Shown piece by piece: positions 23,850 through 37,710 of a stretch of DNA of 64,000 nucleotides. This DNA comes from Negaprion brevirostris (Eukaryota), in the NCBI GenBank assembly GCA_030324005.1, contig JARDVH010000042.1:104751155-104815154 (forward strand), read 5' to 3'. A model generated the notes under the pieces. That model did no database searches and was not told the DNA's origin. It was given only the letters and a program-made list of their open reading frames with translations. A program made the translations under genes and the position numbers. Within the stretch, counting starts at the first letter, position 1, and the number at the start of each line of letters is the position of its first letter.

Positions 23850-24985
23850 CAGGCCAGGGTGCATGCTCACTATCCAGTTAGTGGCAGCAGAGACAGGGTG
23901 TAGACAGGAGAGCAGCAAAGCAGACGTGATGTAAAGATGCACTCACAGACGTTATGATGTTTGCCAGTTCAGAGGGAAATGAAAGAAACAGGAGAACAGT
24001 GCAGAACAGAATGACAATCATTCTACGGTGGCCTATCAGATTAACAGTGTCTCCCTTGAGGTCCTTTTGGAGATGGTGGCATCATGGCATGCTATTTTAT
24101 TCTTGTAGAGCAACAGGAAAAGGCCAGCCAGGCAGGCCAAACAGTCCTGGCTAAAGGTGGCTGAGGGAATGAGTAGCTGCAATGTGGTGAGAAGGACCAA
24201 AATGCAGTGTCATAAATGTTTCAGTGGCTTCTGTGAACTAGCAAGGTGAAGTCATAAGTGAAGTTATAAGTTCATACACTAACTGAGCAGTCTGAGGGCA
24301 CGTAGCCCTCCAGCACAGTCAAAACATGTGTGCCCAAGAGCGTTATAGAGCCATTGGCATATCAAAGAAAAGAAGTCACAGGAATCCTGCTGCAAGTAGC
24401 CACAAGTAGGCTGACTGATTCGACTTCATTCCCAGGCAAAGAGGAAGCATCTGTAGGAAGGATCATGTGCAAAGATTGCTGTGTTGTTAACTTCACATTG
24501 AGGTTTACTTTGGTAACACGCGTTATCTTTGAGTATAGTTATGAAAACTTGACATAATGGAAAGGTTGTTTGAACAGACACCTCTGTGTTTTCAGTATTT
24601 GGTGAAATTGATGTAAAAGAAGCAAGATCTGAGGGAGTGAATAAAGGTTTGGGCTGGGGTAAATGTGTGGCCGTTTGTGACTTGTATTTCATTCATTTTC
24701 GGAGCAATGGAAAATTTCTGCGCTGTGTGATGATAGATGTGCTACCTTATTTAATTGAAGGTGTGCTTTCCAGGATGAAGCCTCACACAGGAAAAATGTT
24801 CCTGGATAAGAGCTGCCAGATTTCCCTGCCATCCGCTCAATGCCTTGGCTTCTGATCTGATCCTGTGAAACACTTGCAAAGGGCACCAACCTATACTGCC
24901 TCTTCCTCCTCCTGAGACACTGTAGGGCATCTCCTGAACTGTCAGAGCACTGGAACCACATGTTCAGAAAGCTACTGGCTTTCTC
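23850..24985. mobile_element. Decayed Harbinger-like remnant (Myb piece on +, possible transposase piece on -)
   Basis: 24186-24246 reads VRRTKMQCHKCFSGFCELAR followed by a GT, similar to the Myb/SANT RTxxQCRKKxND exon end. Confidence 0.5.
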
Positions 24986-25002
24986 TAAAATGTACCGGCG
25001 CT

Positions 25003-25310
25003 AGGGGCAGCACAATGGCACAGTGGTTTGCACTGCTGCCTCACAGCATCAGGGATCCGGGTTCGTTTTCCAGCTTGGGTGACTGTGCGGAGTCGGCACG
25101 TTTTGCCCGTGTCTGCTTAGGTTTCCTCTGGGTGCGCTGGTTTCCTCCCACAGTCCGAAAGGTATGCTGGTTTGGCGTATTGGCTGTGCTAAATTCTCCC
25201 TTATTGTACCCGAACAGGTAATGGAGTGTGGTGATCAGGGGATTTTCATAGTAACTTCATTGCGGTGTTAATGTAAGCCTACTTGTGACTAATATATAAA
25301 TAAACAAAAA
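25003..25310 (+). mobile_element. tRNA-derived SINE with the alternative (non-CR1) tail
   Basis: ggggcagcacaatggcacagtggtt head, same core, tail ggggattttcatagtaacttcattgcggtgttaatgtaagcctacttgtgactaat. Confidence 0.88.
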
Positions 25311-27057
25311 TGTAGCACCTATATGCCTTTATTGCAGGTCCTGCATTGGTGTCAGGGAATATTCATTAACCCCTAACAACCATCCAGACATCTTTGTCTT
25401 CAAGCTAGAACAGATGGCTGAGTTCTTTCATTGACTTCTTCAAGGAGTTTAATGTTTTCAGCTCCAGAGGTTTGTTTACACAACTGTGCAATGGAAACAA
25501 ATTATGAATACTTGGTTGAGCTTCACATTCCTCTAATGAATTCATCACTATCAAGGGGACTGAGTTTATTTACTTTGGCAGTTTTGTGACCACTTAGTAT
25601 GATTATTTTTAAAGTTATTTTTGTATGACTTTGCATAGCTTAACAGTTGTATGACCATTTAAAGGATTATGTTTTTTGAAGTTGGTTTTGAATGACTTTG
25701 TTTATTTGGACAGTTTCATGAACATCTCAAATACTTCCCAGTATTATTGTTATAGGGCTCAAGAGTTCTGTGCGTAATGGAAATAGGTGAGTGGGCCTGG
25801 GGGTTGTGGAGCTATGGGGGTATGGATGGGTTTTGGGACGTTTGGAGAGACAAGGGGGGGATGTCATGGACATTTCAAACTACCCTGAATTCCCTACACT
25901 CTACCACTCTGTAAGCAGTAATGTGCTTTTTAAAATTCTAATTCCCCTTTTAAGTGGTGGCATATTTTCCTCAATTCTTAAATTTGGAATTGTTCTAAAG
26001 TTCTAATAATAGCTCGAACAGTAAACTCAAGGTAAGACAAAATGAAAAGGACTGGCTTATCTTTACACATACGTGTGCAAGTGGGATTTCGAAAGTCCAC
26101 CTTTTTTTGCACTCATACAAAAATAGAAGAAGGAAGAACACAATCACAATAAAATGCAAGTATGGGTTTTGCACGTGTCAAGAATCAGAAGTAATTTGGA
26201 ATGTTGCTTCCGAGAGGAGATTGACTGATTGTAGAATGCTCCATCCTCCCAAAGTGAGATTTCCATAGAATGAGTTAATCTGGAAACACAAGTTCCAAGA
26301 TTCCAGCCAGTTGGCCAGTTTGCCAGTTTGATGAAGGTTAGAGTTCTTTCTGCTGCCACCAACTTGATGGTAGACAACACAGGCTCTTGTCTGGAATTCA
26401 GTTCATATTGACGGTCAAAATGGTAATTGCCGGAATTCAGTTCCAGCAGACAATATCGTGGTGCAGTTTGGGTGAAGTCACGTAACATGCCTCCTCAATG
26501 TCGGACCGAAGGCTGACTGGAATCTTGACATTTTTGGAGACGTTGGTGTTAGGTAAACTAACTGACACTGTTTTCATCAAAACTGTTGAATTGACTGCTA
26601 ATGACTCAGTCATTAGCATCATTGTAGGAGATTAAGGCCTGTGAAGGTTTCCCTTTGTTCACTGTTAACTGAAACAGACTCACCACCCCATGGCTGTTGT
26701 TACTTTGAAACTGCTATAAGGCACCAAGTGAGCAGCTGGAGGTATGTTGTTGGCTCAGCAAGTTTCCATTTTGAATAGCACAGAGGAAAAACAAAACTTT
26801 ATATGAGTGGGTATGGTGAGGGCATGGGTGTATGGAGAATTAAGGGGCTTATTGGATGAGGACACAATTCTACTGAATTAGATCAATGTCCCAGAGAACT
26901 GAAGTGAGCTTTCCAACGTGCCTACCTTGACATGCAGCCACTTCACTTCTTGCCTTGGACCTTGAATCCAGCTGGCCCCTTCCATGAAAGTCATGTGAGT
27001 GGACACTGCGGAGCAGCAGGCAAGAATGGGACATCAAAAAATGTATTAATAATCAAG

Positions 27058-27195
27058 GTAGAACATAGAACGTTACAGTGCAGTACAGGCCCTTCGGCCC
27101 TCAATGTTGCACCGACCTATGAAACCAATCTAAAGCCCATCTAACCTATACTATTCCAATATCATCCATATGTTTATCCAATGACCATTTAATGA
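27058..27195 (-). mobile_element. Short CR1-type 3' tail fragment
   Basis: tagaacatagaacgttacagtgcagtacaggcccttcggccc. Confidence 0.7.
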
Positions 27196-28228
27196 GGTGA
27201 AGTACATCAAGATATACCGCATCAGGTAATGAGGTAGATAAACAATCAGAAAAAAATGTTTATTTTTAGACCCTGTTTTCTTGGTTCTGTCAAATTAGGA
27301 ATGATTTTACTCTTGATTTTCGACTGATGACCACATCTGAGGTCCAGCAGGGAAGGCTGATGGTCACCCATTCACTGACCAATGTGCAGTGATGATTTAG
27401 GAAAATGATCTAAAAGGCTATCGCTTGAGCAAATTACTATTTGGTCGCTTGACATAATTCTGTCAGACCCTTTGAATTTTGTTTTTTTAAATCTATTACA
27501 TTGTTTGTTCTTGTCCTGAAATGCACAGTAAGTAACCTCAATTTCTAACAACACCTCAACCTTATGTTGCTTACCTTCCTGATAGAATGGTTCGAGGAGT
27601 ATATCTGTAGTTTATTCCTGTGTCACAGGGAATATTGTTTCCACAGTTTTTCTCAGGACAACATGTTCAATGTTTGGGTAATTATTCAGTTTATTTGGTG
27701 TCAAAAACCTAAGCATTTCCCCCCATCTTGTTTGGTTCCTTATGATCTGACAGGAGAAGTTCACACTTGCTACAAGATAAATTGGCAGTTTATCTTAGGC
27801 TTATTAGTCAAAGAGTGCAGTAGCATATTTAACAAAGCATTTTTTAATTTGGCAAATGCTTCAGGTGCTTTTCTAAATTATTTTGAAAGTCTCACCTCAG
27901 CCTGCCTGAATCACCCTTTCAAACAGTTCAACTCAGTTTCCACTCAGTTCAAAAAACAAGTTTTTCCTCATGCTGCCTTTGATTCTTTTGCCAGTCGTAC
28001 TGAATGCTGCTTTCTTTGTGGAAATTTATGGACAATAATTGTCATGTTATCTACTATAGTTGATGCCCTCATTTTTTGACTGTAGACTAGCTTTCACGTA
28101 AATCTCATTCCCCCCACCCTACCACTGGTCGAACCTTAAGATCCTATTTTTATGTCTTTACTTCCATTTTAACTTCGCCTCCTAACTACAGCTACCTCCA
28201 TTCAGAAATGTGGCATGCTTTTGAAGTA

Positions 28229-28527
28229 AGGGTGGCATGGTAACACAGTAGCTGGCATTGCTGTCTCACAGTGCCAGGGTCCCAGGATCACTTCCAGGTG
28301 ACTGTGTTTGCACATTCTCCCTGGGTCTGCATGGGTTTCCTCTGGATTCTCTGGTTTCTTCCCCCCGTCAAATTAGGTTGATTGGCCAAGCTAAATTGCC
28401 CCATAGTGTCAGAAAGATTAGCAGGATAAATATTGGGGTTATGGGGTTAGGGCCTGGGTGGGATTGTTGTTGGAGCAGATTCAGTGAGCCAAATAGCTCT
28501 TTCTGCACTTTTAGGATTCTATGATGT
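28229..28527 (+). mobile_element. tRNA-derived SINE with CR1-type tail
   Basis: Head gggtggcatggtaacacag, shared core, tail ending ggattctatga; colinear with the 19458 copy. Confidence 0.87.
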
Positions 28528-28937
28528 TATGATATTAATCTGTAGCAACACTAGAAGAACAACACCTGGCCATTTTAGCTTGTGCATGGTATTAAATGTT
28601 TAGAAATTGTAAGAATAATTCCAAGTCCGTCCTCCCAGCTGAGAGTGCAGGTTGGGGAATCTATATTGTCTATAATGAGTTTTTTCTTCCTGCAAGCATT
28701 TGTATCTAGAGATTAAACCACACTGAAATAACATTATTGTCTCAGGAGGAGAGTGGATGTTCAGAAATTACAAGTGCTAATTTTTTGAGAAAAGATAGAT
28801 CTTTAAATCAGGTTGAAGAAATGCCTGTTGTTGATCCTCAGTGACAAAGGGTCAATTGGACTTTTATAACTTTGGTCCTATGTCACCTTATCCTTCAGAC
28901 ATGAATGAACTTGCAAGTAGTCCTCACCCAAAGTAAT

Positions 28938-29250
28938 AACAGAAAATACTGGAAAAAGTTGGCAAGGCTGGCAGCATTTGTGGAGGGAAAATTAAGTTTT
29001 AAGTTGAGACCTTTCATAAGAGCTGGAAAAAGTTAGAGGTATGATAGGTTTAAAGCAAGAACAGGAGAAAAGGGGAAACAAAGAAAAGGGAAAAATTACA
29101 ATCTGGTAGCAGATAGGAGATATTGCATGCTGAAAAAGTTGATGCAAAGCAAAAGGTTGTTGGCAAATGGATAAGTAAAGAAGTAAAAGATGTGTCTAGA
29201 GCAGGTATTAACTGGAAATTGCAGAATCATTGTCAACAGCAGCCTTACCT
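28938..29250. mobile_element. Penelope-like terminal fragment
   Basis: acagaaaatactggaaaaa...ctggcagcatttgtggag resembles the terminal motif at 58097 and 63785. Confidence 0.55.
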
Positions 29251-29675
29251 GCCCAGTTACTTTCTTGCATATTTCTAAAATCCCTTTTTCAGGCTTAAAG
29301 GCATCAGTTTTCTAATACAAATCAAATCACCATATTCTGTTTTTATTTTGAAGTTTACTAACCTTTTCTCAAACCCAGTCCTCTGACTTTAGTGATCAAC
29401 CTCTGTAATGTTCCTACTTGGATATTCATCAAGAACTTAAGTGACCAGAATAGACATTCATTCAATTTGCAGCCTAACCACTTGCCTGACAGCTTTGGCA
29501 TGATGCCTTCATTCTTTCTTTGATTCTGTAACTTCCCATTGATTGTGTTTTATTNNNNNNNNNNNNNNNNNNNNNNNNNNNNNNNNNNNNNNNNNNNNNN
29601 NNNNNNNNNNNNNNNNNNNNNNNNNNNNNNNNNNNNNNNNNNNNNNNNNNNNNNNNNNNNNNNNNNNNNNNNNNN

Positions 29676-29925
29676 TACATATTTACCCGCTAATCCCTCT
29701 AACCTATGCATCTCAGGACACTAAGGGACAATTTTAGCTTGGCCAATCAACCTAACCCACACATCTTTGGGTTGTGGGAGGAAACTGGAGCACCCATAGG
29801 AAACCCATACAGACACACGGAAAATGTGCAAACTCCATACAGACAGTGACCCAAGCTGGGAATCGAACCCAGGTCCCTTGGAGCTGTGAAGTAGCCGTGC
29901 TAACCACTGTGCTACCGTGCCATCC
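29676..29925 (-). mobile_element. tRNA-derived SINE
   Basis: Reverse head gcacggtagcacagtggttagc, box B ggttcgattcc, shared core. Confidence 0.88.
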
Positions 29926-30904
29926 ATTTGTCATTTGAATTCTGCTATAGTTCTCAGATTCTTTCAATCTCTTCTACTTGGGTTGACCATTAAATATATC
30001 CACAATCTTTTTTTCCAGCGTCTGTACCTTAGCCGTTACATGTGAATTTCGTCTGCCATAGTTCAGACCGCTGGTGAATTTTGTGCAAGTCCTTCTATAA
30101 TCTCTTAATATTTCGGTTCCATTGCTACAAAAAACAAACCCGTGAGGTTCATTTTTGCCAATTGAGAAACTATCATTCCAGCAACACACATTAACTTAAA
30201 TATCTGGATACTCTAAACAATCGAAATAAACATTACAGTATTGATAAATGCTACTTTAGTTTTTCTCAGTCTTTCCACATCACCAATAATTATCACTTGC
30301 CCATCTATCTCATTGCATTGGATCATCATATAGCTGCTGACACATAATGCTGTGATGGAGTGGTGTTGCTACACTGGGATCTTTCCTGTTAATATTGCAA
30401 TGGTCAGTTTGAAGTAGTCTGATCTTGTTCACCATAAAACTTATGTACTGACTTTTGATACAATTTTTTATAACATCTTCTTTAGCTCATTGATGTGCTT
30501 GCTGAATCTTAACAACTGACAACTTTACCTTTCAATAAAATAATAATTTCAATCACACCATTTCAGTAAGTAATGCTATTTGGGGATGTGGGTTGTGGAA
30601 ACAAAAAGTTACCCCTAAAGGACTTGTTTACATTACCCAATCGTTCTATACTTTTTATTGGTCTCTCAAAGTTAACATTATTCTTTTCAAGCTAAAATTC
30701 TTTACAAATTGAACTCAGAGTTTCAGCTGTGTTAAATGAAGAGGTCTGAGTGGATGCTAATTGCAGGCCCACAAAGTTAAAAAAATCAGGAAAACCTTTC
30801 CAGCTTCCTCTGCTATATTTCTTTATACTTGGTGTCAGATATCCATTGGTGAAAGGCCCTCAGTAGATTGCTTTCGTAAGTAGGGTTCTTCAGTATTATG
30901 GGAG

Positions 30905-31978
30905 ACCGTAGAAACTAGAAGCAAGACTAGGCCATTTGGCACTTTGAGCATCTCTGCCATTTATTTTGATCATAGCTGATCATCAAATTCAATATTCTGA
31001 TTCCCCCTTTCTCCCGATATTCCTTGATCCCTTTAGCATCAAGAGCTATATCTAATTTTTTCTTGCAATCAAACAATGTTTTGGCCTCAACTACATTCTG
31101 TGATAGTGAATTCCACGCATAAGTAAACACCTCTGAGTGAAGAAATTTCTCCTTACCTCAGTTCTAAAATGTTTACCCACATTCTCAACTTATGACTCCC
31201 TAGTTCTGGACTTCTCCACTATTGGGAATATTCTTTCTGAATCTACCCTGTCTAACCCTATTAGAATTTTAAAAGTTTCTATAAGAACCTCTCTCACTCT
31301 TCTAAACTCTAGTAAATATAATCCTAACCAACTTAATCTCTCTTCAAATGACATCTGCCATCCCAGCAATCAGTCTGGTAAACCTTTGCTGTATTTCCTC
31401 TATAGCAAGGACCCCTTCCTCAGATAAGGACACCAAAACTGCACACAATACTCCAGGTGTAGCCTCACCAAAGTCCTATACAATTTCAGCAAAACATCCC
31501 TATCCCTATACTCAAATTCTCTTGCTATGAAGGCCAACGTACTATTTGCCTTCTTTACTGCCTGGTGCATCTGTGCGCTTATTTTCAGCGACTGATGCAT
31601 GCAGACTCCAAGGTATCATTGAGTATCCACCTCTCTGAATTTACACCCATTCAAGTAACAATCTGTCTTCCTATTGTTGCTAACAAAGTGGATGACCTCA
31701 TATTTATCCACATTATACTGCATTTGCCATGCTCATGCCCACANNNNNNNNNNNNNNNNNNNNNNNNNNNNNNNNNNNNNNNNNNNNNNNNNNNNNNNNN
31801 NNNNNNNNNNNNNNNNNNNNNNNNNNNNNNNNNNNNNNNNNNNTGACCTCATATTTATCCACATTATACTGCATTTGCCATGCTCATGCCCACACATTCA
31901 GCCTGTCCAAATCACGCTGAAGCATCTCTGCATCTTCCTGACAGCTCACCCTCCCACCCATCTTTGTATCATCTGAAA
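30905..31978 (-). mobile_element. CR1-type LINE 3' portion
   Basis: ORF 31400..31600 AVKKANSTLAFIAREFEYRDRDVLLKLYRTLVRLHLEYCVQFWCPY; ORF 30927..31130 WNSLSQNVVEAKTL. Confidence 0.92.
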
Positions 31979-33225
31979 GGTGATTGTGGCAGAAAATGTT
32001 TTTACTGAACCCTCCCTGTCATGAAGATAGATTTTATGGTTTCTAATCACAATGGTGCAAAACCAGACAGTATAATTACAGAACTTATCTGTCACTGTGT
32101 ATGTTGCTCCATTAATACCAGGTTATACAAACATAAGGTTGGGACACCATCTGCTCAGGTACAACACACCAGAACATGCTATGGTTGTCTAGATTTCAGT
32201 GCATCCAGATTTGATGGTCTGAGCCATTTCTATGGTATGGTGGCATCCCTGTCAATGTCTACTACACTAAATGGGGCAGGAAAGCCAACTGTCATTGTAG
32301 GCCTGGAGGTTTGCAGAGGTTGCAATGGTAGTGAGTCAGCAGTTTTTCACTGTTCAAAAGCAACTTTTGAAGACGTATCCTCGAAAACAAGAGGAGGGAC
32401 TTGCATGCAAGCATGCTGCCTGCCTCTATCCAATCACTGACAGGCTTTGTGCAAGACATTAAGACTTGCTTTTCATGTAGGAGCCCTATCAGCAAAAGTA
32501 CAAATGTGGCATGAGGTAATGTCTTTCACATCTCATTTCCTTGATGTTGTTGGACTCTCTTAATGCTTGAACATGCCCAACTCTGTCCACTGGGGACGAT
32601 CTACATATCCTTAGATCACTGTTTGGTGAAAATGAGTGTCCCTCATCACTGACCCTAAAACTATTGTCCAGGATTTTCTGCCCTCCTCCCCACCTCAAGC
32701 AGTGGGTTTTCCAGCGACAGATGTGGCTCACCAGTGGCCATTAGCGGGATCTTCTGGCCCCATCAAACTCAGTGGCCAGTTGATTGGCTTGTTGGCCACG
32801 CTGTTGGGGAACCAGAAGATCCCACTAGCGGAAAGGGCCCAAAAATGCAAACCATCACCACTTATTATTCACTGCTGTAGGGCCACATCAGGGATACACT
32901 AAGTATAGCAGAAATTAAATTTTTACAAATGCATCTCATGTAAATCATATTGCTGTCCAATACATTACACTTCTCAAACTCCATCCATCGGTGAAAATCA
33001 GTTTTCCATTTCTTGTCGTGTTTTTTTTTCTATTGCCTGTATATGCTCAAGCTAATGTTCCTTATTTGTGTGTTGTGCAATGCTTTCTTTTGTTTAGATA
33101 TTTAATTGAAAACTTAATGTTCAATAAACATTTGTACCTGAATGTAAAAATACAACATAATTATAGTTTCTCTACATTTCTTGTCTGCTTTGTGCCTCAC
33201 TGTGTTCTATGTGTTTAATACATAG

Positions 33226-33403
33226 ACCTCCAGCCAGCCAGATATCGAGACTGAAATTATGTCAGCACTTGCAGACCCTCAATTGTTACCACCTGAATCT
33301 GTTGAAAAAGAAGAAACGAGCAATGTTGTGGCATCACTGGGGACTATGGGCATTAAATCCGAAGATGGATTGGAGGAAGAGGATGAATTTGGTTACAGCT
33401 GGA
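33226..33403 (+). CDS. MPDZ: MPDZ coding exon, PDZ7-PDZ8 linker (TSSQPDIETE...GLEEEDEFGYSW), phase 0-1
   Basis: aatacatAG acceptor, GTatgt donor, 178 nt; ends in the conserved EDEFGYSW motif of MPDZ. Confidence 0.93.
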
Positions 33404-35559
33404 GTATGTAATTTCTGAAAAAATTGAAACACTGTAATATTGGCACTTTGTATCTTAACTTTCTATTTCAATGGATTTTTCAAACTGCAACAATACTCAA
33501 GTATATAACAATATAAGAAACTGCATTATCAGTGGGAATTCTTCTCATGTAAATACTCCAACCATCTCATTCAAAAGAATACATGGTCAATGTCTTTTTA
33601 ATTCTTGTCCCCTTGGAAAAGAATCCTCATTTTTAACTTGGGTACGATATTGTGGAAGCCTAATACTCCAGATTCTAAAAATTGACAATGTACCTCTGTG
33701 TCAGTGAGAAATAGAGAACTGAATTAATGAGTGTCAGACAACATTCTGAATACTGATGAGAAATCTGCCATTTTTGGTGAATGCTGCTGTGTAGGTAATC
33801 ATTACTGAGTTTCAAAGTGACTAACTCTGTTTCCTCACTGATTCATTATGATTCTTTTTGTCAGTAAGGGCAAGTCAGCTGTATAGCCTCCAATTCTGTT
33901 CATCTGTGAGAGCCCATTGAGAATTAAAAGAAAGTTTTTCTCTACCTAATATTTAAATATTGTTAAAGAGTTTGAAAGGAGCACTTTTCATTGTAAATGT
34001 TTTCCCCTGTCCGTGAGTAGTTACGTTAATAACTGTAGAATTGTACATATATACTGCTATTTACCAATTCTTAGGACTATTCTGTAATACTTGATTGAAT
34101 AGAACAGATTTTTATAGCTGGCAACATACAAAATTGCAAGAGGTTTGAAGCAGAGCTTCTGTGAAGGATGCTGGGTTGTCTAACCTATATAAGCTCAATT
34201 TTTAGATCTATTTATATCAGCTGCAGCGTACCAAACAAAATTGATTTATTCTATTTCTAAGTAGCACAAATTTTCATTCCAGGCTTGAAAATACATTACT
34301 TTTTTTTACTTTAACAAACGATCCATCCATAGGACATCTAGATATAGTGAGCATAATATCTGCCTTTAAATAAACATTGTCCAATTTATGTGTTCAACAA
34401 CATTTATACATCAATGTCTCCCTTGTTATTACTGAAAGACAAAAACATCCTTTATTTTTGCATTTTTTTTTCTACTATTCCTCCCAATTATTTCTGTTTT
34501 ATGACTCCAAATCTATAGGCAGTTCTTTAGGCCAGAGCGTTTCTTCATGTTTGAACACAGCTGGTGAATGTAAGCAGACTGTCTGATTAATACTTGCCCA
34601 GGAATTGCTGGATAGTAGAGAAGTGATAACCTTGCTTGTGTTCTTATTCTCTCCTTCCTTGATAAATTCAGCAACTGAAGCAAGCGCTGGAAAAGCTCCA
34701 ACTCCACTTTGTACAAAAATGAATACAAATATTTACTAGCAGCCCTTACAACTCAATTTGTTTAGCTGAGTAACTGTAACATTCGCATCAGAAAGGTACC
34801 GGGTTTGATCCTTGGCCTTTGCTGTTTTAGTGACCTCAGCTCGGAAAGCCTTAATGTCCCTTAGTTAAGGACAGATAAGTTAAAATAACTTCTGCTTTCT
34901 ACCTAGCACTATGAAGGCATTAGGAGAAATCAGATTAACTCACCTTTATTGTCAAGTAGATTTTGAATGCTCTGTCCAGAGCCAGTTATGGATATAAATA
35001 TGTGAAAATTTACTTAACCAGAATTCATAATCAACAGAAAAAATAAAAACATAACAGAAGACCAAGTAGAGGAGGTAGAAGTAGGTGAGATTCATAGACA
35101 AATTTACAAGAGTATGGCAAAAAGGATAATATGCAGAGGAATCAAGAGAAAAATTGCATCTCATCAGCTAGTTATTAATGGATGGAAAACTGAGATAAAG
35201 GAAGACCATGTTAGCTTTGATAACAAAATCAAGGGAAAAGGAGTAGCAATAAAAAGGGTTATGATATTTGTCTTGCAATATTTAGAGAGGGAAATAAATG
35301 CTTAGAATTAGGAGCAATTATATCACAAGAAGATATTAATTAAATTGAAGTAGTGGAAACATTGCAACAAACTGACAAGGGTGGAAAACAAATATACTGA
35401 CCTTCTGTCAAAGCTAAAAGGCATAGAAAGTGGGAGATATTTATACCATGGGATGAGGGAATGAAAGATGAGTCATAGCCATACAAAGCAGGGGAAAAGG
35501 CTACTAATGGCAGTCCATAGAGAAAGTAAAGACTGTGAATGTTCAAACTGCAGAGAAGC

Positions 35560-37710
35560 TGTGACAGATGAAGATGTGGGGGGAGGGAGGGGGGAATGTG
35601 TAGGAGNNNNNNNNNNNNNNNNNNNNNNNNNNNNNNNNNNNNNNNNNNNNNNNNNNNNNNNNNNNNNNNNNNNNNNNNNNNNNNNNNNNNNNNNNNNNNN
35701 NNNNNNNNNNNNNNNNNNNNNNNNNNNNNNNNNNNNNNNNNNNNNNNNNNNNNNNNNNNAGATGTGGGGGGAGGGAGGGGGTAATGTGTAGGAGAGAGGT
35801 AAAATTAGAAAAAGACAGAAAAGGGAAGCAAAGGGGGAGAAAAGGTAAGGAAAGAGGGATTAAGTAGGGGAAAAGAGTGGGGAGGGGAAGAAAAATGAAG
35901 AAAGACAAATAAAAGATTAAAAAATTAAAATGAAAACAAAGAGGTCAAGGTGGACTGGAGCTAATCACCTGAAGTTGTTGAACTCACTTTTGAGACCAGA
36001 AGGCTGTAAAGTGCCTAGCCTGAAGATGAGATGCTGTTCCTCCAGTTTGCATTTAGCTTCACTGGAATATTGCAGCAGGCCAAGGACAGACATGTGGGCA
36101 TGGGAGCAGGATTGTATGTTAAAAAGGCAAGCAACCAGATAGTCAGGATCCTGATTGCACACAGACCAAAGCGATCACCCAGTCTATGCCTAGCCTATCC
36201 GATATAGAGCAGACCACATTGGGGGCAGCGAATGCAATACCCCAATTTCAAAGAGATGCATGCGAAACGCTGCTTAACCTGGAATGAGTGTTTTGGACCT
36301 TGGATGGTAAGCATAAAAGAGTTAAAACGGCAGGTGTTACACCTTCTGCGATTGCATGGGAAGGTAACTCATGGGGAGGTCTTGGGTATGGTGGAGAAGT
36401 GGACTAGGTTATCCCAGAGGCAACGGTCTCTGTGGAATGCTGAAAGGAGTGAAGGGAAGATGTGTTTGGTGGTGACATCACGCTGGAGTTGGTGGAAATG
36501 ATGGAGGATTTTGTTTTTCATGTGGAGGCTGGTGGTGTGAAATGTGAGAGCAAGGGGGACTCTTGTTCTGGAAGGGATGGGAGGGGGTGAGAGTCATGGT
36601 ACAGGAGATAGACCGCACGTTGCTGAGGGCCCTGTCAACACTGTAAATGGGAGTCCACAGTTGAGGAAAAAAGAGCGCATATTAGAAGCATCACTTTGGA
36701 ATGTGGCATCATTGGAACAAATGCGACAGAGGCAAAGGAGCTGAGAGAAGAGGATAGAATCCTTACAGGATGTAGGGTGTGAAGAGCTGCAGCCCAGATA
36801 GTTGAGAGACAGTGGGCTTGTAATGGATATTGGTAGATAGTCTATTGCCCGAAATGGAGATAGCAAGGTCAAAGAAGGGAAGGGAAGTGTCTGAGATGGA
36901 CCAGGAGAAGACGATGAAGGGGTGGAAATTGGAAGTGAAGTTGATGAATTTTTTGAGGTCTGGACATAAGCATGAAGCAGCACCAAAATAGTCATCGATG
37001 TATTGGTAAAGGAGTTGTGGGAGGAGACCTGGGTGGGCCTGGAACAAGGAATGCTCCACGTACCCCATAAAAAGACAAGGGTAACTAGGACCCATCTGGG
37101 TACCCATTTCTAACCTTTGACTTGGAGAAAGTGAGATGAGTTAAATAAGTTGTTGAGAGAACGAGTTCAGCCAGTTGGAGGAGAGTGGTGGTGGATGGGA
37201 ATTGTTCAAGCCTCTTTTCTAAAAAGAAGCAAAGAGTTCTCAGACCATCCTGGTGTGGGATGGAGATGTAGAGAGATTGCGCATCTATGATGATTAAGAG
37301 GCAGTTAGGGCCTGCAAACTGGAACCTGCCAATATGACGCAGAAGAGGAATCCCGGATGTAGCTGAGGAAGGAATGGACCAGAGGAGTGAGGATGGAGTC
37401 AAAATAAGGAAATAAGTTCAGTGGGGCAGGAGCATGCTGACACAGTGGGCCTACCAGGACAGTCCTTTTTGTGTATTTTTGTAAGTAGGTAGAAACGGGC
37501 TATCCGGGTTGGGAGACCATGAGGTTGGAAGCTGTGGGAGGAAGGCATCTGGAGGAAATGAGGTTGGTGACGGTGTTGGAGATAATGATTTTGATGTTCA
37601 ATGGTGTGGTCATGATCCAGGGGAAGGTAGGAGGAAGTATCTGAGAGTTGGTGCTCAGCTTCTTTAAGATAGAGGTCAGTACAGTAGACAACAACAGCAC
37701 CCCATTTGAA
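35560..37710 (-). mobile_element. Penelope-like retroelement (RT and GIY-YIG region), decayed
   Basis: GTQMGPSYPCLFMGYVE...QYIDDYF...FINFTSNFHP...SLPFFDL...IHYKPT (PLE RT) and KLEEQHLIFRLGTLQPSGL (PLE endonuclease C-terminus); purine-rich terminal region 35570-35930. Confidence 0.92.

Noticed and set aside
27564-28079. 171-aa + strand ORF
   Set aside because: No recognisable domain, composition typical of AT-rich intron, and no coherent splice sites.
31693-31894. Identical sequence of about 50 bp on both sides of a 100-N run; similar mirrored flanks at 22500/22623 and 35570/35760
   Set aside because: Typical of unmerged contig overlaps or masked tandem repeats at scaffold gaps; not evidence of a biological duplication.
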